Assembly (NCBI GenBank): GCA_003135635.1
Contig: PLCJ01000001.1
Coordinates: 8,836 to 72,835 of the forward strand
Reading direction: 5' to 3'
DNA length: 64,000 nucleotides
From: Candidatus Adlerbacteria bacterium
Lineage (GTDB): Bacteria; Patescibacteriota; Minisyncoccia; Phycocordibacterales; SBAW01
The translations under genes and the position numbers were made by a program. The notes beneath the pieces were generated by a model. That model had not been told where the DNA came from. It saw only the letters and a program-made list of their open reading frames with translations, and did not search any database. Shown piece after piece: positions 56,544 to 64,000 of this stretch. Position 1 is the stretch's first letter; each line of letters starts with the position of its first letter.

Positions 56544-58274
56544 TTACTGGGCCGCTATCCGCAAGACTTCTTCTATTGTTGTATATCCTTGTGTCGCTTT
56601 ATAGATACCATCTTCAGCAAGAGTAAGCATGCCTTCATCGTAGGCAATCTGCTGGAGATCCTGTAGATCAGTATGCTGGGTGATCATTTCCTTCATGTTG
56701 CGCGATATTGGCCATACCTCCTGCACGCCGATGCGTCCCCGGTATCCCCCGTCGCACTTCTCACAGGGCACCTGGCGGTGAAAACTAATTTCCTTCCACG
56801 GCGTATGCGGGGCCACAGCTCCACCTTCTCTCAGTGCCGCCAAAATACGGGAGGGATCTGCTACCTCTTCAATCGATTGCAACTCCGATCGTAGTGCCTG
56901 ATATGTCTCTCGTTTAGTGCAAAGTCTGCGTACGTGGGAAACCCCGATGGCTGTATGTAGAACAGATGCAATGGATAGAGGAGGCGCTACCTCTTGGAGT
57001 TTTGTGATACCTTCTGCGGTAGAAGATGCTCCAATACCTGCAAGTACCAATATGCCGCGGTTCGCTGCAGCAAGTGCGACCGTGGCCACAGCCGCATCGT
57101 CAATAGTACCCACCATGAGCACGTCGGGATCTTGTTTTGCTGCGGCACGAAGCGCTGCGACCAACGAAACGCCCATCTCAGGCTGCGCTTGTGTTTGGAC
57201 AATATGACGAAGCGGATACTTAACACGCTCTTCTACCGTGATTATGTTTTTATCAGAGGTAGCAAGAATATCAAGAAGTGTATAGAGGAGCGTTGCTTTT
57301 CCCGCCCCCAGTGCGCCACATACCATAATAAGTCCAGAGCGTTGGGCAAGAGCGTGGTGGACATTTTCAAGTGACTGTCCATGCAACCCGAGTGCCTCAA
57401 GCGTAAAGCCGGCGCGATGGGAATAGTCAGGGATAAGATGAAGCACCATCCGCTCGCCATGAGCGCTCGGGATACTTGCAAGTGTTACCAAGGCTCGGCC
57501 TGCTTCTCCTTCTAACCGAAAGCGCCCCTCTTGTGGTGACACTTCGGAAAGTGGTACCTGTGCGAGGAATTTTAAACGCAGAAGCATGCTAGTTGCTGTA
57601 GAGGGTGGCAACACCATGCTGTCGCATAATTTTCCAGCAATCCTATAGCGCACTAACAAACCGTGCTCCGTGGGATCCAAATGAATATCTGTCGCGCGAC
57701 TGCTAAGCGCATGTCGCATGAGCAGGTCAACAAGATGTGATACCGGCTGGAGCTGCGCTGCTTGAAGCACATCTTGAGGAGTGTCTGAAAAAGGGACGGA
57801 CACGTCATGAGCCACCTGCGCCATAGCATTCCCGACCGTTTGTTTGAGATATTTTTGATATTTCAGAAGAGCCATCTTCATACTTTCCGCGTCGGTCAAA
57901 CGAGGCAGGACGCGCCAGCGATCTTCTAAAAACGAAATCGCGGGTCGATCCTCAAGATCAAGAAATGCTACTTCCAGCGTATGGCCATGCGCGGCAAATG
58001 CCACCGTATGATGAGCCCGAGCAAGAGGTTCAGGAATAAGGGTGAAAACCTCAGGAGTAATATCCTCAGCGGTGAGTTTTACAAATGGTACGCCAGTCAT
58101 ATTGGCTACTGCCCGATTGAGCTCATCTGAGGAAAGAATGCCAGCGCCCACAAGTGCTTGCTCGAGAGTTTCCCGCATTTCCTCTGCGCGCTCTTGTGCA
58201 GCCGCTGCATCGGCGCGAGAGAGCATACCGCTTCCGAGTAAAAAATCAAGCAGCTGTGCTTCATCAATCTCCAT
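56544..58274 (-). CDS. PilB/GspE-family ATPase paralog with degenerate catalytic motifs (predicted pseudo-ATPase)
   Basis: T2SSE_N-like N-terminus; Walker A GALGAGKATLL (Ala after Lys), Asp box VGTIDD (catalytic Glu lost), His box replaced by NRGILVLAGIGASS; retains C..CxxC; start trimmed to MEIDEAQLL (coordinate +/-1). Confidence 0.75.
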   Translation of the reverse strand: MEIDEAQLLDFLLGSGMLSRADAAAAQERAEEMRETLEQALVGAGILSSDELNRAVANMTGVPFVKLTAEDITPEVFTLIPEPLARAHHTVAFAAHGHTLEVAFLDLEDRPAISFLEDRWRVLPRLTDAESMKMALLKYQKYLKQTVGNAMAQVAHDVSVPFSDTPQDVLQAAQLQPVSHLVDLLMRHALSSRATDIHLDPTEHGLLVRYRIAGKLCDSMVLPPSTATSMLLRLKFLAQVPLSEVSPQEGRFRLEGEAGRALVTLASIPSAHGERMVLHLIPDYSHRAGFTLEALGLHGQSLENVHHALAQRSGLIMVCGALGAGKATLLYTLLDILATSDKNIITVEERVKYPLRHIVQTQAQPEMGVSLVAALRAAAKQDPDVLMVGTIDDAAVATVALAAANRGILVLAGIGASSTAEGITKLQEVAPPLSIASVLHTAIGVSHVRRLCTKRETYQALRSELQSIEEVADPSRILAALREGGAVAPHTPWKEISFHRQVPCEKCDGGYRGRIGVQEVWPISRNMKEMITQHTDLQDLQQIAYDEGMLTLAEDGIYKATQGYTTIEEVLRIAAQ

Positions 58275-58383
58275 TATCTTCACATTATATACGCTACACA
58301 GGAAAATTAGAGTGACGTGCACGGGTGACACAAAGGCATTTGACATATGCGACCGTCTCATATATCATGTGTACATCTGGCAG

Positions 58384-58407
58384 CCGCCCTGAGGGGGCGG
58401 TTGTTTT
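58384..58407 (+). promoter_or_regulatory. Leader hairpin/attenuator-like element upstream of nusA
   Basis: CCGCCC-tgag-GGGCGG followed by TTGTTTTG, ~10 nt downstream of a TTGACA-17-TATCAT promoter (58339-58367). Confidence 0.4.
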
Positions 58408-58439
58408 GTGCCAGGGCATATTCATTAACCTATTTTTTT

Positions 58440-59633
58440 ATGTTCGACCTTAAAGTCATTAACTCGGTTCTGAGTGAACTTGAGCAAGAGCGTGGCATAC
58501 CGCGAGAAAAAGTTATCGAAGCGATAGAGGCTGCTCTTGCGACCGCATACAAAAAAGAATACGCAAAAAAAGGACAGATCATACGCGCACATATTGATCT
58601 TGAGACCGGCACTACTGAATTTTCGCAAGTAAAAGTAGCAGTAGATGCGTCAACCGTACGATTTTCTGAAGAAAATGAGAGCGATGCGCACAAACCAGCT
58701 CAGGGGTTGACTGATGAGGAACTTTTGCCCCACTTTAATCCTGAACAGCACATCCTTCTTTCAGATGCCAAGCTCATCAAGCGCGACGCACAGGTAGGTG
58801 ACGAGCTTATTTTCCCCCTCGAAACGAAGGGTGATTATGGGCGTATTGCGGCACAAACCGCAAAACAGGTCATTATCCAAAAAATCAGAGAAGCGGAAAA
58901 AGTTTCCATCATGGCCGAGTTCGGCAAGCGACAAGGAGAAATTATTACTGGCATGGTACAGCGCATGGAACGAGGCAATTTGTATGTGGATCTCGGACGC
59001 GCTACTGGCATTATTCCCTACAGCGAACAAATTCCCGGTGAACGCTATCGACAAGGTGAGCGTATTCGAGCACTCCTGTATCAAGTTGAAGAAAGTCTGC
59101 ATGGGATGTACTTGCGACTTTCGCGTGCACAGCCACAATTTCTTGCAAAGCTTTTTGAAGCAGAAGTGCCAGAAGTTGCACACGGTACTGTCGTGTTTAA
59201 ATCCATCGCAAGGGAGGCCGGCAGTCGCTCCAAAGTAGCAGTTGCTTCCACCGATCCCCACGTGGATCCTGTGGGTTCTCTGGTGGGCCAGCGTGGTGTG
59301 CGTGTTTCGACAGTTACCACTGAGCTTGGGGGAGAAAAAATCGACATCGTCGAATGGTCAGAAGATACAAAAAGATTTATTGAAGAAGCCCTTTCCCCTG
59401 CTCGCGTTATAGAAGTGGACATTGATGAAGCAGAGCACAAGGCAGTCGTTAAAGTCTCTGAAGATCAGCAATCCCTCGCCATCGGCAGGGGGGGTCAAAA
59501 TGTACGGCTTGCCGCAAAACTGACTGGCTGGCGCATTGATATTCAATCAATAGGCGGAGGAAAAACTGCTGAGATGACTGAGAACACTAAAGCTACAGAA
59601 GAAAAACCAACGGGGGAAATTATAAAAGAGTAA
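58440..59633 (+). CDS. nusA: Transcription termination/antitermination factor NusA
   Basis: MFDLKVINSVLSELEQERGIPREKVIEAIEAAL, S1 and two KH domains; start trimmed to ATG 58440. Confidence 0.9.
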   Translation: MFDLKVINSVLSELEQERGIPREKVIEAIEAALATAYKKEYAKKGQIIRAHIDLETGTTEFSQVKVAVDASTVRFSEENESDAHKPAQGLTDEELLPHFNPEQHILLSDAKLIKRDAQVGDELIFPLETKGDYGRIAAQTAKQVIIQKIREAEKVSIMAEFGKRQGEIITGMVQRMERGNLYVDLGRATGIIPYSEQIPGERYRQGERIRALLYQVEESLHGMYLRLSRAQPQFLAKLFEAEVPEVAHGTVVFKSIAREAGSRSKVAVASTDPHVDPVGSLVGQRGVRVSTVTTELGGEKIDIVEWSEDTKRFIEEALSPARVIEVDIDEAEHKAVVKVSEDQQSLAIGRGGQNVRLAAKLTGWRIDIQSIGGGKTAEMTENTKATEEKPTGEIIKE

Positions 59634-59648
59634 GATATAATCACCTAT

Positions 59649-60188
59649 ATGAATCTTTGGCACGACATACCTCTTGGTAAGAATGTTCCCGAAGAAATTA
59701 ATACTATTATTGAAATCCCGCGCGGTTCATCTAACAAGTACGAAATTGATAAAGAAACAGGCCTTATAAAATTAGATCGGGCTAATTATTCATCTGCCCC
59801 ATACCCCTTTGATTATGGGTTTGCACCCCAAACACTGTGGGAAGATAATGATCCTTTGGACGTTATGGTTCTTACAACTTATCCGCTGTTTCCGGGAATC
59901 TTAGTTGCGGTCCGCCCTGTCGGTGTTATTGAAATGATTGATTCAGGTGAATCTGATTACAAAATTATTACAGTACCAGTTGCAGACCGCAATTGGGATC
60001 ACGTGAAAGATCTATCTGATCTCAATCCTCACAGTTTGAGAGAATATCAGCACTTCTTTGAAACTTACAAAATGCTTAAAGGAAAACCAGTCTCAGTAGA
60101 AATAAAAGGTATCAAAGGTAAAGCAGAAGCACTGGAAGCAATACGGAAGTCTATAGAAATGTACCAACAGAAATTTCCAAAAAAATAG
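59649..60188 (+). CDS. ppa: Inorganic pyrophosphatase (family I)
   Basis: NTIIEIPRGSSNKYEIDKETG, DNDPLDVMVL. Confidence 0.9.
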   Translation: MNLWHDIPLGKNVPEEINTIIEIPRGSSNKYEIDKETGLIKLDRANYSSAPYPFDYGFAPQTLWEDNDPLDVMVLTTYPLFPGILVAVRPVGVIEMIDSGESDYKIITVPVADRNWDHVKDLSDLNPHSLREYQHFFETYKMLKGKPVSVEIKGIKGKAEALEAIRKSIEMYQQKFPKK

Positions 60189-60203
60189 CGCTATACTTAC
60201 GGC

Positions 60204-60377
60204 ATGGATCCCTCTCCCCCACCACCTCAAAGGCACAAACGCCGAGAAGAGGTTGGGGAGATAATTGGAATAATTGTTGTTGTACTGTTATTTTTCTTTG
60301 CGGGTATATACTTTGTCATCACTGAAAAATCTCGTTTGCATACTGCGCCAGTACAAGAGCAAGTGAACTCTTAATCT
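60204..60377 (+). CDS. Possible small single-TM protein (57 aa), below ORF-track cutoff
   Basis: ATG...MDPSPPPPQRHKRREEVGEIIGIIVVVLLFFFAGIYFVITEKSRLHTAPVQEQVNS*; Pro-rich N-term, one hydrophobic helix; no homology evidence. Confidence 0.3.
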
Positions 60378-60413
60378 ATTGCGACCAAGATCTCTACCTG
60401 CTAGTATCGCGCA

Positions 60414-61460
60414 ATGTCTCATGATCTTTTTTCCGATATTGCAAAAACATTTACACTTACGAAGTTACCAGACTCAGAAATAGAGCTCTCTGGCGACATC
60501 CCACCCGAAATAATCGCCCTCTACAGCAAGAAGGCACTTGAGGAGATCGCGCGTAGTCTTAAACTGCCAGGGTTTCGCGAAGGCCACGTGCCGGAGGAGA
60601 TCGCGCGCAAAAAAGTGGGTGATATTGCTGTTCTTGAAGGGGCAGTTGCGCTCTGTATAAAAGAGTTTTACCCAGTGCTTATAACTCAGAAAAACGTAGA
60701 TGCGGTAGGCCAGCCCGCTATACGCCTCACCAAACTAGCCCCTGGCAATCCCGTCGGCGTAGTCCTTAAAACAGCAGTGTACCCTGCGGTCAGCTTACCG
60801 AAAGACTGGAAAACCCTGGGCACGAAGATTCCTCCTGTTGTAGAGGGAGCAGTAACCGAGGAGGAAGTATTGAAGATGCTCACTTCTCTTCAAGAAAATC
60901 ACAAGCAAGAAAAAGGAGACGGGGCTCAAGATCTTCCCGAGATTAATGATGCATTTGCGAAATCTCTTGGGGCATTTGAAAATCTCGATGCACTCAAGAA
61001 ACAAATCAGGCAAGGCATTCAGGAAGAGAAGGAACGCGTGGCACACGATACTTATCGTGGGCATATAATCGATGCCTTACTACAAAAGGTAGTGGTTACC
61101 ATACCAAAAATTTTTGTCGAAAGTGAGCTTGATAAAATTATAGGTCAGATGCGCCAAGATATTACACGTTTCAATATGACATTTGAGGCATATCTTGAGC
61201 GTACACAAAAAACCGAGGAGAGCGTGAGAAACGAGTTTGAAGCACAAGCAGCAAAACGTGCGAAACTTCAACTTACCCTTAATAAAATTGCCGAACTGGA
61301 AAAAATTACGGCAGATACTGATGCGGTTGAGCGAGAAATGAAATATGCGTTGGAACACTTCCCTAACGCAAAGCCGGAACTTGTGCGTATTCACATTGAA
61401 ACGGTGCTACGAAATGAGAAAGCACTGCAGTTACTTGAGTCTCGGGACAAAAAAGAGTAG
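60414..61460 (+). CDS. tig: Trigger factor (short form lacking FKBP/PPIase domain)
   Basis: Ribosome-binding signature LPGFREGHVP in N-domain; C-terminal helical arm domain; 348 aa; immediately upstream of clpP. Confidence 0.75.
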   Translation: MSHDLFSDIAKTFTLTKLPDSEIELSGDIPPEIIALYSKKALEEIARSLKLPGFREGHVPEEIARKKVGDIAVLEGAVALCIKEFYPVLITQKNVDAVGQPAIRLTKLAPGNPVGVVLKTAVYPAVSLPKDWKTLGTKIPPVVEGAVTEEEVLKMLTSLQENHKQEKGDGAQDLPEINDAFAKSLGAFENLDALKKQIRQGIQEEKERVAHDTYRGHIIDALLQKVVVTIPKIFVESELDKIIGQMRQDITRFNMTFEAYLERTQKTEESVRNEFEAQAAKRAKLQLTLNKIAELEKITADTDAVEREMKYALEHFPNAKPELVRIHIETVLRNEKALQLLESRDKKE

Positions 61461-61469
61461 AGTCGTAAC

Positions 61470-62084
61470 ATGCAAACCAAGATCATAAGAAGCCAGCTCG
61501 TGCCTATGGTAGTTGAGAAAAGCCCTTACGGAGAACGGGCCTTTGATATCTACTCTCGGCTCCTCAAAGAGCGAATTATTTTCCTTGGAGGACCAATTGA
61601 AGATCATACCGCTAACCTGGTTATTGCCCAGCTCCTCCACCTAGAATCTGAGGACCCAAAGAAAGACGTTCAGATATACATAAATTCTCCCGGGGGGTCG
61701 GTTACCGCAACACTCGCCATGCTTGATACGATGAACTACATTAAGCCCGATGTCGCTACCGTGTGTGTGGGTGTCGCTGCGTCAGGGGCAGCAATTATTC
61801 TTGCGGGAGGCGCTAAAGGAAAACGCTTCGCGCTTCCAAACGCCGAAATATTGGTGCATCAACCATGGGGCAATGCGCAGGGTCAAGCAACCGATATCGA
61901 AATAACCGCAAAGCATATCATTGCAAGTCGTAGTCGACTCAACAAAATTCTTGCGAAAGCGACTGGTAAACCTTTGGCTCAAGTTGAAAAAGACGTGGAA
62001 CGTGACTACTTTATGGATGCAGATGAAGCAAAAAAGTATGGAATTATTGACGATATTCTTACTCATAAAGGAGAGAAAAAGTAG
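61470..62084 (+). CDS. clpP: ATP-dependent Clp protease proteolytic subunit
   Basis: [33 protein letters not shown] (Ser), HQPWG (His). Confidence 0.93.
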   Translation: MQTKIIRSQLVPMVVEKSPYGERAFDIYSRLLKERIIFLGGPIEDHTANLVIAQLLHLESEDPKKDVQIYINSPGGSVTATLAMLDTMNYIKPDVATVCVGVAASGAAIILAGGAKGKRFALPNAEILVHQPWGNAQGQATDIEITAKHIIASRSRLNKILAKATGKPLAQVEKDVERDYFMDADEAKKYGIIDDILTHKGEKK

Positions 62085-62210
62085 CTATCCCCAGGCCTAG
62101 AAAATTTTTGGGCCCCAGTCCTCTATTCCTATTGCCTAATGGGAATTTTATTGCTATTGTAAAGTCGTTCGTTTTCCCTGTTTTCTTATAAAATCCTATG
62201 TTTAATCTTT

Positions 62211-63740
62211 ATGTCATTAAAATTATTGCTTGCGCTCCTGGCGTTTTCAGGAATCGTGGGAGCAGTCATCGGATACGTATTCCGCTGGCTTTTCGCTCTT
62301 GCCCGTAAAAGTTCGATAGAAGTTGAAGTCAAACAATTACTGTTTGATGCTCGCGAAGAGGCAAAAAAAATAACTACCCGGGCGGAAGAAGAATCGAGGA
62401 AGCATGTCGCAATCCTTGAGAATGAGCTGAAGGAAAAAGAAGAGAAAGTAGCTCGCATGGAAGATCGCGTTTTTAAACGCGAAGAATCTCTCGACAAGAA
62501 ACAAACTGAACTGAATGCAGAAGTGGAAGGTCTCAAGGTTCGCATTGAAGAAATAAAAGTCATTAAAGAACGCGCGAGCGTACTCCTCGCACAGCGCAGC
62601 GAAGAACTCGCAAAAGTTGCAGGACTTACGAAAGAAGAAGCAGAAGAACTTCTCTATAAGGAATTGGCCCGTGAGGGTGAGGAAGATCTTATGGTGCGCC
62701 TACAAAAACTCGAGCGCGATGGACTGGAAAAAATTGAACGCAGAGCAAAAGAAATCCTTACTACCGCTATTCACCGATTGGGTAATTCTGTTGCCTCCGA
62801 CACCATGGCGACCGCTATTACTATTCCCAATGATGAATTAAAAGGCAAAATTATCGGTAAAGAAGGCCGTAATATCAAGGCCTTTGAACGCGCGGCGGGG
62901 GTGGAAGTCATTATCGATGATACACCGGGTTCCATACTTATTTCTTCTTTTGACCCAATCCGTCGTGCCATTGCACGAGTTGCGCTTGAAAATCTTATTA
63001 TCGACGGACGTATACAACCAGCGAAAATAGAAGAAACCGTTGAAAAAGCGAAAAATGAGATCCAAAAGATTATAAAAGAGAAAGGCGAACAAGCCGCATT
63101 TGAGACGGGTGTGCTTAATCTTGATCCTCGCCTCCTTCAAATTCTTGGTCGACTCTACTTCCGTACGAGTTACGGTCAAAATGTACTTCAACACTCAATT
63201 GAAATGGCACATCTCTCTGGAATGATCGCCGAAGAGCTTGGAGCAAATCCGCAAATTGCACGTGCGGGAGCTTTGCTGCATGACATTGGCAAAGCCCTCG
63301 ACCATGATATACAAGGTACCCATGTGGAAATTGGCCGGCGCGTCCTTCAAAAATTCGGCGTAAATGAAGAAGTAGTTAAGGCTATGCAAGCGCATCATGA
63401 GGAATATCCATATGAAACAGTGGAATCAATCATTGTACAGGTTGCAGATGCTATCTCCGGAGGACGCCCTGGCGCTCGGCGAGACTCGGTTGAAAATTAT
63501 CTTAAACGTCTGGCTGACATCGAAGAAATCACAAACTCTTTCGGAGGAGTCGAGAAATCTTACGCCATTTCAGCTGGTCGCGAGGTACGCGTCTTTGTAA
63601 GGCCAGAGGAAATGTCTGATCTTGCGGCCCGCGAGTTGGCCCGCAATATTGCTCTGCGTATTGAAAATGAACTTAAATATCCAGGCGAGATAAAAGTAGC
63701 AGTTATTCGAGAGACACGCGCTATAGAGTTTGCTCGATAA
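62211..63740 (+). CDS. rny: Ribonuclease Y
   Basis: N-terminal TM, coiled coil, KH domain (GKIIGKEGRNIKA), HD domain LLHDIGKALDHD. Confidence 0.92.
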   Translation: MSLKLLLALLAFSGIVGAVIGYVFRWLFALARKSSIEVEVKQLLFDAREEAKKITTRAEEESRKHVAILENELKEKEEKVARMEDRVFKREESLDKKQTELNAEVEGLKVRIEEIKVIKERASVLLAQRSEELAKVAGLTKEEAEELLYKELAREGEEDLMVRLQKLERDGLEKIERRAKEILTTAIHRLGNSVASDTMATAITIPNDELKGKIIGKEGRNIKAFERAAGVEVIIDDTPGSILISSFDPIRRAIARVALENLIIDGRIQPAKIEETVEKAKNEIQKIIKEKGEQAAFETGVLNLDPRLLQILGRLYFRTSYGQNVLQHSIEMAHLSGMIAEELGANPQIARAGALLHDIGKALDHDIQGTHVEIGRRVLQKFGVNEEVVKAMQAHHEEYPYETVESIIVQVADAISGGRPGARRDSVENYLKRLADIEEITNSFGGVEKSYAISAGREVRVFVRPEEMSDLAARELARNIALRIENELKYPGEIKVAVIRETRAIEFAR

Positions 63741-63867
63741 TCGGCGAGTGTAGTTTTTACTCCAAAAATCCGCATATTGGCTTCAACACTGTATCCGGGA
63801 GTAAAAACGCTGTTTCATACTCTTGAGAGTAGTTCTCATATGCTACACTTAATCGTGGACTGTTCGC

Positions 63868-63907
63868 CCAAACCCGCTCTACGGCACAAGCCTCGGGGCG
63901 GGTTTGG
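63868..63907 (+). terminator. Terminator-like hairpin downstream of rny (second of two inverted repeats)
   Basis: CCAAACCCGC-19 nt-GCGGGTTTGG; an upstream 11-bp inverted repeat AGTTTTTACTCC/GGAGTAAAAAC at 63755-63813. Confidence 0.5.
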
Positions 63908-64000
63908 TGCATATTGGGAAACTTTTTTGTATATCTGTCAAAAATTTATTATCCCCGTGGCTCTATTGCAAGGTTTTTCACAATCAGTATACTTTGGGCG

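Noticed and set aside
1-64000. CRISPR arrays, prophage/integrase near the two tRNA genes, transposases, toxin-antitoxin pairs
   Set aside because: No direct-repeat/spacer periodicity, no integrase/recombinase/transposase motifs, and no small adjacent gene pairs with TA-like features were seen. The tRNA genes flank recG without attachment-site-like repeats.

Overview
This 64 kb window is a compact, gene-dense bacterial chromosome segment on both strands. It has no rRNA, CRISPR array, transposase or integrase. The gene content looks like a reduced-genome, Gram-positive-type lineage such as the Candidate Phyla Radiation (Patescibacteria): type IV pili, sortase/LPXTG, many secreted wall-associated proteins, DUF5667, smpB+tmRNA, almost no biosynthesis. 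That assignment is inference. Main blocks, in order: (1) 1-11.1 kb, a complete type IV pilus locus on the minus strand with six tandem prepilin genes (the first truncated by the window edge), pilD embedded among them, pilC, pilT, pilB, three small bitopic PilN/PilO-like genes and pilM. (2) A divergent ECF sigma factor + DUF5667 pair. (3) A self-contained small gene (GTG start, SD, own terminator), then a CofE-like gene and a TylF-like O-methyltransferase. (4) Housekeeping and stress genes (M23 peptidase, YibE/F, FMN reductase, VOC, PLP-dependent CysK-like enzyme). (5) A cell-surface block: sortase + an LPXTG-anchored DUF3494 (ice-binding-like) protein + a paralogous DUF3494 protein with a peptidoglycan-binding domain. 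(6) tRNA-Ser(GCU), recG, a tRNA with a UAU anticodon, ftsH, smpB followed by a tmRNA gene. (7) Two similarly promoted secreted proteins (a Cys/Asn-rich small protein and a PG-binding/IPT/PKD wall protein). (8) infC-rpmI-rplT, RNase J-like, ndk, and the str operon rpsL-rpsG-fusA-tuf-rpsJ, which is interrupted by a yvcK/CofD-like gene and by a ~4.6 kb insertion of four secreted-protein genes plus one GC-rich divergent lipoprotein gene. (9) S2P protease, rpmB, a candidate ~180 nt sRNA with its own promoter and terminator, a divergent Fe/Mn-SOD-like gene, rnhA, recJ, a HIT gene, pgk-tpiA preceded by a catalytically degenerate PilB-like ATPase, then nusA, ppa, tig-clpP and rny. The most unusual items are the secreted-protein island inside the str operon, the degenerate PilB paralog, the tandem DUF3494 wall proteins using two different anchoring modes, the UAU tRNA, and two intergenic regions with dense RNA-like structure.
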